A DNA stretch of 64,000 nucleotides from the human T2T-CHM13v2.0 reference genome, Homo sapiens. Positions within the stretch are counted from its first letter, which is position 1; each line of letters starts with the position of its first letter. The notes below the pieces were generated by a model. That model searched no databases. It was not told the DNA's origin and saw nothing but the letters and a program-made list of their open reading frames with translations. A program made the translations under genes and the position numbers. Location: the NCBI RefSeq assembly GCF_009914755.1, contig NC_060941.1; one strand, 5' to 3'. Below, one piece after another: positions 1 to 57,602 of the stretch.

Positions 1-347
1 GGACAAGAGGGGTGCTGATTCCCCCATCACCGTGTGTGTTTGGCTGCCCTCATCGGCCAGGTCCCAGGCCCACTGGCTAAGCCCTCCAGCAAGGCTTTGG
101 GCCACAGGGTAGGGTCCCAGTGACCAGTTTCTCGCTGAGGAGCAGGAAAGATGCAGAGAGCCACACATCTCACCTCTGAATGAAATCCCTGATGAGGTGT
201 TGTGTGGTGGCTGCCATGTATCTTGGCTCTGTTTTCAGATGGCATTTTGGAGTTTTGGTTTGATTTTATTTTTCCTGAGGAATTTGCAAATGAGTAACCT
301 TGCTACATTCTTCACAGATAGTGGCACTTGGGAAAGAGGCAGATTGA

Positions 348-669
<322 letters not shown>

Positions 670-1217
670 TTAATTTGCTTCTGTTCCTCTTCAGCCCAGC
701 ATACTTTGTTTTCCTTTCACCTGTAAATGTAGAAAGTGCTTCAGTTTAGTTCTCAGAAAGCTCAAGAGAAAACCACACAGTTGCTCATACGGGCCCTGAC
801 ACTTTGAGGAAGGAGGAACAAGGTCTGGTTTTATTTCTTCTGGCTTTGCCTTCTGTGCAGTGTGTGGTGTCGGACTCCATGGAAGAGCAGTCACCCTGAG
901 CATCTGACTAGTCTGCCTTTGAGGTCCAGGGTCAGTCAAGCCCCAGTTAGATTCCTGTGTTTGTGTCAGCCTGTAAAAAGTGCCACCTTGGCAGGCGTGT
1001 TAGCCTGCATGGCTGAGGCGTCACCCTAGTTCTGAGTTTTCTCAGGGGTGGTGGTACCTACAGCTTCTTGCCCTAATTTTTTTTTCACTTAATTGGAGGA
1101 CTAATGATTATAAATCTCGTGCATATCAGCTGCACTGTGTTTTTACAGTACTCTCCACCTTCTTGGGAGAGTTTTAATTAGATGGTATTCCACTAAAGAA
1201 ACCTACAAGTCTCTCTG

Positions 1218-2197
<980 letters not shown>

Positions 2198-3061
2198 TTA
2201 GCAGAAGTGTTTTAGTCTGTGTAACAACTGTAAGAGCCGCAGATGAACTTTTGATCCCCCACTCGAGATCATGTCGTTCTTCTTTTTAAAGTCACCCCTT
2301 TCCCACTCATGTCAACGGAAGCAGTATCCTTTTCTGTCTTTGGTCAGTGGAATGCAGTGTGGCCACTCTGTTTTAAAAAGTCACTATCAAAGGGAGGATG
2401 TGCACTCACCTGGTTTCCATGGGTCCCAGAGAGAAGCTTCCCCTCTCTTTTTCCTCTCCTTGGCCTTTGTTTGGTTTAATGTTTTCCGCATCTCAGACAT
2501 TCTCATTTCTCCGAAGTCCTTCACAGTTGCACCGCATTGCTTAGTTTTGGGTCTCTGATGTTTGATGTCATGGAGAGAATTTTGAGGGAAGAGTGTGCAG
2601 AAAGAAACCCATTGAAAGCTCAGGGTTTTCTTTAAACTTCCAGATTCTTTTAAAGCAAGTTCGAAGTGTCATCCTTAGTCATTTATTGGTTCATGTTGGC
2701 CTTGAGAGAATCAGCTGCATTCTTGCTGTGCTCTGCAGAGCAGCCTTCCACCCCTGCTCAGCAGGAGGTACTCAAAGGCCATTGTAAGGGAGAAGGCAGG
2801 CTGCTCCCCACAGAGCAGGACAAGCAGAGGCCATGATGCTGGCACCACACCGAGGACAGCACAGGAGCCTTGGGCTGCTTCTTGGCATCGAGGGCACTCC
2901 ACAGTGGGAGTCTAGTAAAAGTGGCTGCTCCCTTTTCAGTGTTTCCTGTAGCTCTACTTTTTCACACCCACCCTGCCCCACATAGTCCACCTGCAGCCTG
3001 GCTGATTCCTAATTATCCTTGAGGTCTTGTCGTTAGATATTTCCTCTGAGAGGTCTTTCCT

Positions 3062-3062
<1 letters not shown>

Positions 3063-3116
<54 letters not shown>
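3063..3116. repeat. (CA)n microsatellite, ~27 units
   Basis: Uninterrupted AC run. Confidence 0.97.
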
Positions 3117-3119
<3 letters not shown>

Positions 3120-3623
3120 CCATAGCACCCTGTACTTCATTCTTACTGGCCCTCACCATGCCGGGTGGCATGTGCATCCTTGCTCATCTCTTTGGTGTCC
3201 ATGATGGTGAGGACCTGTGTCTGTTTCATTCGCCAGCCCCTGCCACAGAACTGGCACATTCTAGGATTCAGTGAACACTTGGTGAAGGAGTGAGTGAATG
3301 GAAGTGCCTGTTGCGTGTAGGACCTAGTAGCCAGCCTAAATGAGAAGATTTAGCCTTGAGGTTATTTTAGTACAATAGGGAAGACCATCAGTATTCTTGG
3401 CCATGGAAATAATTCAGGGGGAAAAAAAGAAGGTTCTGAAGTGTATAGGAAAAGGTATAAATTCAATACAAGTTGGGAAATTAGCACCTAGATAAGACTA
3501 GAGGGTCTGGCCCTCAGTTTTGTAGGCTCAAAAATGTTTTTTTAATATACATAGCTGTCAGTTGGAAGCGGATTGACTTAAATTCACAAGAGCTACTTTA
3601 TGAATAATCAAATGGTGGGTTTT

Positions 3624-4620
<997 letters not shown>

Positions 4621-5504
4621 TATTTGGGATCAGGAGTCTGAAAGTCAGTAAAAGCATGAATTGAGTGCCTAGTCTATACAGAGCCCTTTGCTAGGAACAC
4701 TGTTACTGGGTTGGTCCCTTTTGAAGACTCCATTTTCCAAAATGCACTAAACATTGCATTCTTCCCAGTGTAAACATGAGTGAGCCCATTGTAGAACCGA
4801 AATCATCCCAAGGGCCAGAATTCAGTGGTGAATCTCTCAGCATATATGAGTCCGATTGAGCTCTGGATAGGAATGAGGGCTGTGTCTTTGGAGCACTCCC
4901 CACATGCTCCCACAGAGGAGGGGCCTATCCTGCTCAGGGAGGGGATGTTGTGTCAGGGTGACTTCCCGGCAGCACTGTGTAGACTTGGTGATTCAGCCCA
5001 AAGGCACTTGCAGGACTCTAAACACTGAGGGCCTGAGTTGGCAGTAGCAGTTAACTGGCTCACGCTGCTGAAAGCCAAGGCTGGCAGGGCCACGATTGAG
5101 CCTGGCGCCTAGAAGCCATCATCTGGTTCAGAAATGGGCCCAGTACATTGTTGTTGCTGTTGACACAAAAGCAGCCTTGTTGTGACTCCTTACAAACCCA
5201 TCCAGACTGATGGGCCTGGGCCAGGGCCCTGACAGCACTCTTTACACCAACCAGGAGGCAGGAAGCCAAATTACTAAAGATAAATGTTTGTCATTCAGTG
5301 ACCCAAGGGAGATTTAAATGGATTTCCAAAACACGAACCACCTTGGATCCCAGTGATTGTCCTGAGGTTTTGCCATGAATTGGCCCTCAGTTAGGGGCTA
5401 AGGGTAGCTGGAAAGATGGTTTGCAGTTGCCAAGCACAGAATGTTCTTCAGATAGAGGGCTCCTAGGGACAGGAGGAATTTGCTCTGGTTGAGTTTTGAA
5501 CTGA

Positions 5505-17515
<12,011 letters not shown>

Positions 17516-17827
17516 CCAGTCACCAGTGCGATTCTAGATAAAGCCACTGAAAATTCGAACCAGGAAATGGAACCCCACCACTGTTGGTCCAATTTTCACA
17601 CACGTGAGAATCCCTAGCAAAGGGAGCAGAACTGAACCGGCTTTACCAAACCGCCAGCGAACTTGACAATTGTATTGCGATGGCGTGGGCTGCGTGACGT
17701 CACCTCCGGTCGTGTCTCTGGTCTCCGTGTTTTCCAGTTAATTACATCCTCATGCAGCCGTGATCAAGGGAATGTAACTGCTGAAAACTAGCTCGTGATT
17801 GGCATATAATGGAGTTAACGGGTGAAT

Positions 17828-17833
17828 AATAAA
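17828..17833 (+). terminator. NMT1 proximal polyadenylation signal
   Basis: AATAAA ~310 nt after the stop, followed by a TA-rich tract and GU-rich sequence. Confidence 0.6.
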
Positions 17834-17835
17834 AG

Positions 17836-17860
17836 TATATATATATATTATATATATATA
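17836..17860. repeat. (TA)n in the NMT1 3'UTR
   Basis: Interrupted TA dinucleotide run. Confidence 0.85.
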
Positions 17861-20800
17861 AATATTTTAAATATCTTTCATGTTCCAAATGTACAAGGAT
17901 GTTTGGTCTTTAATGAAAAGCTGAATCCAGATCATTCCTCAGAATGAGGACCCGAGGACAGTGGCAGACAGACGCGTTGGCACAGTTCATGGTTTCCTCC
18001 AGAGGAGACATTGGCTTATCATGGGGAAAAAGAGGATCTGGAGAACCTCATCCAGCTCCCCTTCTGAATCAGCTGGGATGACTGGCTTTGAGAAGGAAGG
18101 GAAGATGGAACAGGCTCAGATCTCATGGGATAGCACGTGGAGCTCTTGGCTGGGGCTGACCCTGGGCAGGGACTTTCCTGCAGGGCCAGACCTGCCTGCA
18201 TTCTGAGACAAAGCAATGGACGGTCCGCAGAAGCAGACCTCATTGATTGAGTCCTTTCTTCCATCCCCTTGGCCTGCTCCCTGTAGGAAGTCATCCTGCC
18301 AACTGATTTAAAAGGGCTCTTTAGCCAGTTGTTGCCAACCTTATAGGGATGAGTCCCCTGTGAGATTTTGCTTTTCCACTGCCTGGGATGATGCAGTTTG
18401 AAGAGGCCCTTGGACCTCCTTGTAACATCAGGGACCTTTGGAGACCATTATCAGTGTAAGCCCTGCTTAGCTCATCTTAGAGCAAAGAGCCAGCACCCTG
18501 ATGTCCCTGGGGTGGCTAGGCAGGAGTGGCGTGGGGCCAATACCCAGACCCCTTCAGCCACCAGCCCCTGGCCTGTGCCTTCCAACCCATTAGCCATTTC
18601 TTGTTGTGCCCCTTTCCAAGATACAGCCTGCAAGTGGTAGCAAGAAGTGATTAGAGGCAGATCTGGACTTGGCAACAGAAGTGGTTTCCCATCTCCATTG
18701 TCTGAGTCTGATTTTCGCTGATGCTGTTTTGTGGATTTTTGTGGTAGTGATGGTTGTCAGTGCTGCCAGTTTCCCAAAACGTAATCAAGCCTCTGGTCAC
18801 ATGGCTGTCGATGTAGGCATTCTGGAGTGGTGTTCAGCCAAGTGACCGGGCAAAATTGGGCTGTGAAATTGTACTTCCAGGCTTGGATGTAATTTTTGCT
18901 CTAGAGAGAAGCAAGTGGTGGGAAGGAGGTAGCATGACGTGTGGTGTGCGGGTTTCCTTGCTGCCGTCACCTCTCCGCTCATACAGGAATGAAGCCTTAG
19001 CCAGGAGGCCAGGCTCAGCCCTGTGCCACTCACCGAAGCCACTTTCTACAGGCCAGCAGGGGCTTGTTGCAGGCTGTGGGTTTTGGTGTGGTTTGTCAGA
19101 GGCTAATTCTGCAGAGTTTCCAAAACCAGAAGACATCGTATGCTTGGGATGGGGGCCGTGCCACCCGTGGGAATGCTGCCCGCTCTGCAGACTGCTGCTA
19201 GAGCCAGCAACTCCACTAAGGTGGATTTTCATCAGGGGCCTGCAGGGCCCTCCCTTTTCCCATTGTTCCTGCGCTGCAAATTGCAGGCCCCAGCAATCGT
19301 GACTGACGTTTGCTCCTTGACTCCAAGAAACTGAGACCAAAGAAGCTGCTGTTCTTAGCAAGATGCGCACTGCATTCCACAGGTGGGAGGAGTCGGAGAG
19401 GCAGGGGCTTGCTTTGCAGCCCCACAGACAACAGTTGCACAGTGCCTCAAGCCCCAGAGTGGCTCACCCTGTCCAGACCTTTGAGGATATCAAAGGACAA
19501 AGTGCCCAAGTCTTTCCTACCTTGGGGGAACCTGGAACTTGGAAAGGCTCCCTGTCCTAGTCTTGATCTGTTCTGGGCCAGGTCCCAGCTTGAGCTGCCT
19601 CTGAGATTTGGGCTGTGCGGATCTCTGGAGTGAGCTCTGTTTCGGTTGACCCAGGTCATGGAATGGAAACGGTGAGGCCCCAGTGGCTGTTCTGGAAGAA
19701 ACAGATCTCCTGGCAAAGGCCCCAGCATCTCCCTCACTGAAACCAGGTGGCCGGCTCCTCGGACTCTGCTTTATGTTGCGGTGAGAACTCTGCCCAGGTG
19801 TGCAGGGTTTGGCTTGTGGGCTGCTTGCTGCTCATCTGATTTTTGTCCCAGTAGTCCCTGCGTTCTTCATTCAACCCCTTCTGGGACTTCAGCTCAGAGA
19901 GCACCATCCCGGGGGTCAGGGCCTCCCCACAGGAGCCCTGCAGTGTGGTAGCGCCATGGCTGTCTCAAACCAAGCAAAGGAAGGACCCTGAGGCCTTCAG
20001 GCTAACCCTCCTCGAGCAACTGCTGTTGGAAGGCCTCCCTGGGCCTGGCCCCCACCCTCTGCCACCCAGTCCTCCCAGCTGCCATGTTTCAAAGACGACC
20101 TTTACCTCCTGCCTTTGGATTGACTCTGCATTTGACCACGGACTCCAGTCTGTGTGTAGGGAGAGAGCTGAGTAGGAGGCCTCCACTCCGGATCGAGGCC
20201 TGTATAGGGCTCGTTTCCCCACACATGCCTATTTCTGAAGAGGCTTCTGTCTTATTTGAAGGCCAGCCCACACCCAGCTACTTTAACACCAGGTTTATGG
20301 AAAATGTCAGGCCTTCCCCACAACTCCCGTCTAACTGCTGTCGCCCCCCTACTTGCTGGCTCTCAGAAGCCTAGGGGAGTCCCTGTGGTCCTGAATTCTT
20401 TCCCCAAAGACGACCAGCATTTAACCAACCTAAGGGCCCAAAGGCCTTGGACAACTGCATGGAGCTGCACTCTAGGAGAAGGAGGGGAACCAGATGTTAG
20501 ATCAGGGGAGGGAGCAGGAGTGTCCCTCCCGTCAGTGCCTACCCACCTGTGAGGCAGCCTTCTGATGGCCTGGCCCACCTTCCCCAGAACCAGGGGAGGC
20601 CTGAGGCTTCAGTTTTACTCTGCTGCAAAATGAAGGCGGGCCTGCAAGCCGACTACACCTACGGAGGCTGTTGAGGACAATTTCATTCCATTAAATTAAA
20701 AAATACTGACTGGCTGGCAGGCAGGTGCCATGTCTGGGAACAGGGACGGGGGAGCTTCACCTTTTTGTCTTGGCTTTTCTTTGGGCTGTGGGGGGGCATC

Positions 20801-20868
20801 CATTTCCAGGGTCGGGGAGGAAATACCAAATGCATTGTTGTTCTGCTCAATACATCTCACTTGTTTCT

Positions 20869-20874
20869 AATAAA
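20869..20874 (+). terminator. NMT1 distal polyadenylation signal (~3.4-kb 3'UTR)
   Basis: AATAAA followed by U/GU-rich ttctgtcctggtattcc; ends an Alu-free 3.4-kb stretch. Confidence 0.75.
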
Positions 20875-21734
20875 GAAAGCAGCTGAACAAAACCTTCTGT
20901 CCTGGTATTCCTGGTCAGCAGGTGGCAGTGGAAGAAATGGAGTGCTGGAGCCTAGGCTGGAGCCAGGACGACAGGGCTTGGACACAAAGTCCCTCAAGCC
21001 CACAGCACCAGGCCAGCTTCCAAAGGCCTTCCTTTAAGGCTGCCCTTCTTCCAGGGCAAACTTGGTGTTGTCAGACCCTTCCCACCCGCCAGAGACGAGC
21101 TGCTATTGACCCAGGTTCACTCCAAGTTAGAGCAGCAACTGGGCTCTCAGCCAGCACCTGAGCACCTCAGCACAGGAGCCGGCCCAGGCTTCCCTAGCTG
21201 GGCACAGAGCAGCCCCCTTGGTCCAGGTCAGCAGTGGCTCCTCTGGTGGAGGTGCAGGCCCCGTGCCTTCCCACTGTGCCCAGGTGCCACATCTCTCCTC
21301 CTGCACCACTGGCCGGGTGGTTCTTTGAGTCACTAGGGGTGCATTTTAACATGGCAAGTTGCTGGGCCCCAGTAGCTGTGTTTAAGACTTCCCATTCCCC
21401 CTCTTCTCATCCTCTGGAACTTACCCATTCCCTGACCCCCTGATCCTTTCAGGTCCATGACTGGTGCCTCCAAGCCCCTTTCCAGGGAAACTGAGAGGAC
21501 ACAGGACCTGCCTGACCCCTCTAAAGCCCCCCAACCCTCCTGTCCCAAACCAAGTCACTCAGGCTCCTATGGCCCATGCCTTTTTTCCTGCCCTTAGCTT
21601 TGGGCTGAGAGAACATAGCCCTATGTGTTGTTTCTACCCATGGGCCTCCGGGATAAAAAGCTGTGATTTCAGGCTGGGCATGGTGGCTCACGCCTGTAAT
21701 CCCAGCACTTTGGGAGGGCGAGGCGGGTGGATCA

Positions 21735-22009
<275 letters not shown>

Positions 22010-22012
22010 TCA

Positions 22013-22363
<351 letters not shown>

Positions 22364-23244
22364 TCAGTATTGGGCCCTCATCCTAGCCTTCACCCCTTCC
22401 TCTTGGTACCAGATACGAAACCAGAGAAGCCAAGCAGGATGGGCACTCAGCCCTGGGTCTGGTGCTCACCTGACCCAGACCCCCCAGCCAGCCCCTGGCC
22501 AGACCTGGCTCTGCAGGGGCTGGGCAATGCTAATGGCTCTTCATTTGCTAAAACTGGACTTAGCCTCACTGTGCCTCCCATCCTGAGGCTGCAGTTTGGC
22601 AGCCTGACCCTCTGACAGCCCTGAGGGCCAGATGCCCGGGCTGCCTGGCCCGGCCCGCCTGGCTCGGCCCATTCCTTCTGGGCCCTTTTGATTCTGATTA
22701 TCCTCTTTCAGACACACAAATTAACCAGAGCCAAACGCCACTCCCAGCATGAAGGAGCGGGGGACACTGCCACTTTCTGCATTAGTTCTTGGAGTTGCTA
22801 GAAGGTGGAGTCTGCCCCAGCCCTGTGTTTTGGTTTCTGTGGGGCTTGGGGCCAGTTCAAGGCCTATCCCAGCCCAGTTCCAGGCCACCCTCTGGGGACT
22901 AATGTCAAGTTCTGCCCTTGTCCAGTGCCGGCACTGTTGGCTGGCAGAACCTAAAACACCAGGCCTCCACATTTCACCCTGCTGGCAGGGGCGGGTGCAG
23001 GATTTTCTCCAGATTCTGTCGCCTAGTGTCCAGTGCGCTCTCCTGGCATTTCTATAGAGGCGGCCCAAGCAGCGTTTCCAGCCTTTGTGTAAAAGGCTGG
23101 CTGGCTGGAGGAAGGGAAGCCCGTGTCCTTGGGATTTGCCCTACTGAGCAGACAGGGGCCTTGAGCCCAGCCAAGCCTGGAGAGTGGCAGTCTGAGGGTC
23201 CCTCAGACTCCTGTCTCCTCCTCATTCAAGGCCCCTCTGTGTAT

Positions 23245-23250
<6 letters not shown>

Positions 23251-23280
<30 letters not shown>
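23251..23280. repeat. (GT)15 microsatellite
   Basis: Direct reading. Confidence 0.95.
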
Positions 23281-23281
<1 letters not shown>

Positions 23282-23542
23282 GTGGGGAGGCGCTGACCTG
23301 CTGAATTGGCATCCTCAGACAGTCTTGTGATACTCGCAGCAGCTTTAAGCCAGGAGCAGGGATCGGGCTATTTAGAGCTGTGGCATCTCCTGCTGCCACC
23401 CCCTGGCTGTCTTAGCCAAGTCCATGCCCTGTTGAGGGGAGAGGCCCAAGAAACTCATCCAGCCCTGTCCCTCCTCATGGGCCTGTGGGGGTGGCAGCAT
23501 AGAGGTGCTCAGGGAGTGGCGGTGGTGAAATCAACGTGCTTC

Positions 23543-23548
23543 TTTATT
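23543..23548 (-). terminator. PLCD3 polyadenylation signal (proximal)
   Basis: TTTATT on + = AATAAA on -, ~950 nt after the stop. Confidence 0.65.
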
Positions 23549-23615
23549 TTTTAAACTAGATAGGCTCATTCTACTGTCTTCTCCAGGGCTCTTCTATGAA
23601 ACAGTTACAAACCTA

Positions 23616-23747
<132 letters not shown>

Positions 23748-24492
23748 CTACATAAAATTTAAACATTAGCCAGGTTTGGTGGCCTGTGCCTGTAGTCCCA
23801 GCTACTCAGGAGGCTGAGATGGGAGGATCGCTTGAGCCTGGGAGTTCAAAGCTGCAGTGAGCCATGATTGCAACATTGCACTCCAGCCTGGGCGACGGAG
23901 CGAGACCCTGTCTCAAAAAATAAAAACCAAAACCTACTGCCAGTTTCCCCAGGGCTTCATGCCTCAGCGCTCCCTTCTTGCTTTGAGAAGGGAAGGGGAG
24001 CTCAGGTTCCGGAGCTGGAGGGAGGAGTCCAGGAAGGCCTGGGGTAAAGGAGGGCTTAGGGGCTAAGCTCGGGGTCGGGGCCAAGTGGAGTGACTGCGCT
24101 CCTCTGGGGGAAGGAGGCTGGGATGGCCCACGGGAGGACAGAGGGGAACTGAGGGCCCACAAGTGTCCTGCTCCCCAAGTCTCCTGGCAGCAACAGGCTT
24201 GCTCCTCATAAGTCACAATGAGGGGTGGGCTGAGGACAAGAGGAGCTGGGGCCATCTCAGGGCCCCAGGGTTGGAGCTCACTGAAGTCACATGAACACCT
24301 TTCTGTTCTTCAGGAGGGGCCCAGGCAGCCCTCAGCACCCAGGTGAGACCAGCGCCTGGTGAATGGGCTGAGTGGGCCAAGTGGGTGGGCTGGGGGGCTG
24401 GTACTCCCACCACCTGACTCCAGAGGAGGAGAGGGCTCTGCAGGGGATGTGGACTGGCACTCGCAGAACCCCAAGGCGAGTGAGGTGGGCCC

Positions 24493-44294
<19,802 letters not shown>

Positions 44295-44974
44295 GGCTTG
44301 GCGGGGGGCCGGGGCCGGGCCCGGGGTCTGCACGCGGGGACAGGGCAGCGGGGCGCCGCTCTGGCCCGGCCCCGGCTCTGAGCGAGGCGGCGAGCGAAGA
44401 AACTTAGCGGCGCGGGAGGGAGTCGGAGGAGGCAGCAGGAGGTGGGGCGGGGCGGGGCGGGAAGGGAAGGGGGCGGGGCCGGGGCGGTGCGAGGGCGGGG
44501 CCAGGCGGTGGCCTGGAAGCCCGGAGCCTCAGCGCTCGCCCCTGCTCGTGAGTCCGTCTCCCCTTAGTCCGGGCGAGCCTCTGATCTTGGCCGCAAGGGT
44601 GACTAGAGCCCCCATGCTGCGGGGCTGGGGGTGGGAGCCGGCACCGGGGACGAGGGCCATCCTCTGGCACAGACACCCTCTCCTTCCCGGGGGCCCTGAC
44701 TCGAGGCTGACGCAGGACCCCCTCCTCCTTCCCTTCCGCGTCCCCGTCGCGCCGCAGGCCTCAGCAGGGAACCAGAGCCGGGACAGGACGCAGGGCCGGG
44801 AGCGAAGGCAGAACCCCGGGAGCTGAGCCGCTCGGGGCAGCGCGAACCCGAAGGGATGGGCATGGGGGTGGGGAGGTTGGCAGTGACGTCATAGGATTAA
44901 CCTCCCTGTGCCAGGCCAGGTGCTGCCCCCTCGGAGAGCCACAGTCTCGGAGCTGACGGACCTGGGGAGCGTGA

Positions 44975-45711
<737 letters not shown>

Positions 45712-45844
45712 CTGAATTTTCTTCTTGATTATCGTATTCGCCTTTGTGCTTTTGATCCTGCCGTTCCTTCCTCCAGAAACAACCTTCCTTATTCTCCTGG
45801 TTTACCCTTTTGTTATTCTTGTTGTTGGATAGGCTAAGTCTACA

Positions 45845-47165
<1,321 letters not shown>

Positions 47166-47249
47166 TGATGTCCTTCCTCTAGAACACCTGACCACAGGAC
47201 ATGACTTTTTTTAATCCCCAGTGCCTAAGTGTCTAGAGAGCTGAGTGGG

Positions 47250-47850
47250 TTGCCTCGGATCGGCCAGGCCTGGATATCAGCGAACAGATGCGGATTTCCA
47301 CCAGGGGGCGCTAGGACGCCACGACCTTTCACTATGTGCACCAGGGGGCGCTGCCGCCCGCCTTGGCCATCCCGGGCTGGGAAGTCCGACCCTTCGATTA
47401 AGCCCCGCCTGATTGGGAAAGGCTCTGAGAAACTATTTGCATGATCTTGAAAGAGCTGTGCTGAATGGTTGAGGTATGTAAGCCGAATGTGAAACAGGCT
47501 CTCTCATTGGCCTAAATTCCCCCCCTCGATCTGCGTCGCCATCCCGGCCCTGCTGGACCCCGGGGTCAGTAGGAAGCCGCGGGGTGGTGGCGAGAGAGGA
47601 CCCAGGTGTCCTGGCAGTGGGCGCCGCGGGGCACACGCTGGGCCAAGGTGCAGGCGGCCAGGGTGGGAGACTGTTCGCCCCGCCCTGAGTACTCCTATCT
47701 TGTTTCTCCACCTGTTCGGGAGTTGGAGATGTGCACCTAAAGGAGGCGCATCTGGGGACGGACACATCTGGCACTGAGGCCCTCGCCACCTGCCTCGCCA
47801 CCTGGCGACCCTGACCCCACCACACTGCCTTGAGGTAGGAAAAGGAGGCT
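47250..47850 (+). promoter_or_regulatory. CpG-rich ACBD4 proximal promoter / non-coding exon(s)
   Basis: CpG enrichment, ATTGG boxes, donors GAG|GTATGT at 47474 and GAG|GTAGGA at 47835 upstream of the 47989 acceptor. Confidence 0.7.
47298..47353 (+). promoter_or_regulatory. Tandem CTCF motifs
   Basis: CACCAGGGGGCGCT twice, 40 bp apart. Confidence 0.8.
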
Positions 47851-48025
47851 CCTCAACCACAACTTCTGACCTCCCAGGGTGTCTGAGGCCTCTAAAGAGC
47901 TTAGTTTGCCCCTCTGGGAAGTGAATCCTTGGCTTATGGTGCCGGGGGGACCCTGGAGGCCCCCTCACACGAAGGCTGCTTCTTGCAGAGTCGCTCAAAA
48001 GTAGGGCCCCAGGGCTCGCAGCAGC

Positions 48026-55452
<7,427 letters not shown>

Positions 55453-55699
55453 CTGTCAGTGGAGGGGTCTCTGCAGCCAACTGAGACTATCTTGCTGTGC
55501 CCTGAGCCTTCCTAGGGTTTAGAAGAACAGCATTCAAAATTCCCCGTCCTGTCAGTGTTTGCCTTCGCACCTCCTCCCCTAAAGCAGCGCGGGGGGCAAA
55601 TAAGACCCCACCCCTCCCTGCAGCTTCACAGGGACGCTTCCTTCCCTCCCCGCAACCACCCCAGGCTCCCCTGGGAGGCTGCAGTTGTGGTACACGTCC

Positions 55700-57100
55700 C
55701 CGGTGCTGGGTTGGCCGTGACTCGGGGGCGGGGCGATCGGGTCTCAGCCCCTGCCTTCCCCAGTCTCTGGGTCACCCGAATTTTCCCACCCCTGCTTCTC
55801 CCCGAGGAGGTTGAGCTCTTGAGCAAGTTGGGACTTGGGCCGGGGCCTGGAAGAATGATTGGCTGGGAGGCCGCGGGAGGGAGGCCAGGAGGCCCGGACC
55901 AGTTGGGAGGAGTGAGCAGGCCCCGGGGGAGGGGGATGAGCGCAGTTTGCTCGCTTTCCTCCCCTGCCGGCCCCCTCCGCCCCCACACACACTCGGGACG
56001 TCTTCATTGAAGATTCACTTACAAAGGAATGTTTCACTAAATAAAAGAAAACCAGAATCTTCTGCTGTCTGGTCCCCTACGGAGGGAGCGGGGAGCGGGG
56101 CCCGGCGCGAGCGAGGCACAAGTCCCTTTCCTGCTCCCCACCCAATGCCCCCCGATGGCCCTGAAAGAAGCCAGCGGTTGGTGTTTCTGAATGGGGAATA
56201 TTTTCCCTCCTCCCCGGGCAAGCGAAGGGAAAACAGGCCTCTGTGTGGAGGGGAGAGGGAGGGGAACCAAGGGTGGCCCGGGCTGGGAGCGGGGCGCCCT
56301 TGGGAAGGCGGGGCCAATGCAGGGGGCCGAGGGCGCGGCCCAGCCCGCCGCCCCGTCGGGGACGCGGGGTCCGAGCGAGCTGGGGGTGGCGGGGAGGAGC
56401 GGAGCACGGCTGGGCGGGGCCGAGGAGCTGGTTTGGCCCCCGCCCAAAGCGGACCGCGGCTGCTCCAGCTCCGCGCCCCGGGCGTAGAGATGGGGTTCCG
56501 AGCCCCCGGCCCCAGAAATGTCCGCTGCCCCCTCCTCAGCTGCCTCAGTTCCCGGTGCCCCACCTTGACCTCCGGGCCTGGGCCTTCCCAGGGGATTTTC
56601 TGGGAGGCCAAGGCCCAGCGAGAGCCTCGTCCTCGCCCCGCCCTGAGTAGGGAGCAGGGCCCTGCGCGCCTGGAAGCCCCTGTCGGGGTGGGCCGAGCGC
56701 CCGCGTGCAGTCGCCGTCGGGGGGTACGGGCCAGAAGCCTTGGCCTCCCTCTGTCCAGCACAAGCCCTGTCGTCCGTGGGCCGTCTTGGCTCAAGCCTCG
56801 GTCCGGCCTGTATTCAGTGGCGAAACTGGCCGCTCTGAGGGCCGCCTGGTGCCAGCGCCTCCAAGTCCACTGGCCAGGGTCTCTACCGCAGTCCCCCGCC
56901 GCTGCCACCACCTGGGCCCTAGGACCTTCCTACCCCTGGGTAAGGAAGAGGCAGTTCTGAAGGCCCCTGGCTGAGATCCTTAAACTCCTGAGTTCCCTGT
57001 CAGCCTCTAGTCTCGACCACCGTCCCAGGCTTCGCCATCATTGGCCCCACTGGAAGCCACAGTCACTCTTTAGTCGTCAGTCCTCTCAAAGCCGGGAAGG
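55700..57100. promoter_or_regulatory. Orphan CpG island 3' of ACBD4
   Basis: Dense CpG, GC boxes, CCAAT at 56314. Confidence 0.75.
56040..56045 (+). terminator. ACBD4 polyadenylation signal
   Basis: AATAAA ~590 nt after the stop, with U/GU-rich sequence downstream. Confidence 0.75.
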
Positions 57101-57254
57101 CATCCCTGAGGCTAGACGGTGCGCTCTGCACCTGCACGGCTCAGCCCAGGGTCACAAGCACAGGCTGAATAGCCCCTGTGATAAGGCTGGACTGCAGCAA
57201 GCAGGACAGACAACAGCAGGGCCACCTTGGTGGGGGATGCAGGCCTGGAGCTGA

Positions 57255-57602
<348 letters not shown>

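Noticed and set aside
55947-56960. 337-aa (+) and 298-aa (-) ORFs as full-length genes
   Set aside because: Non-ATG starts, Arg/Gly/Pro-rich CpG-island composition, and the + ORF crosses the ACBD4 polyA signal. Only the ATG-initiated part is kept as a weak candidate.
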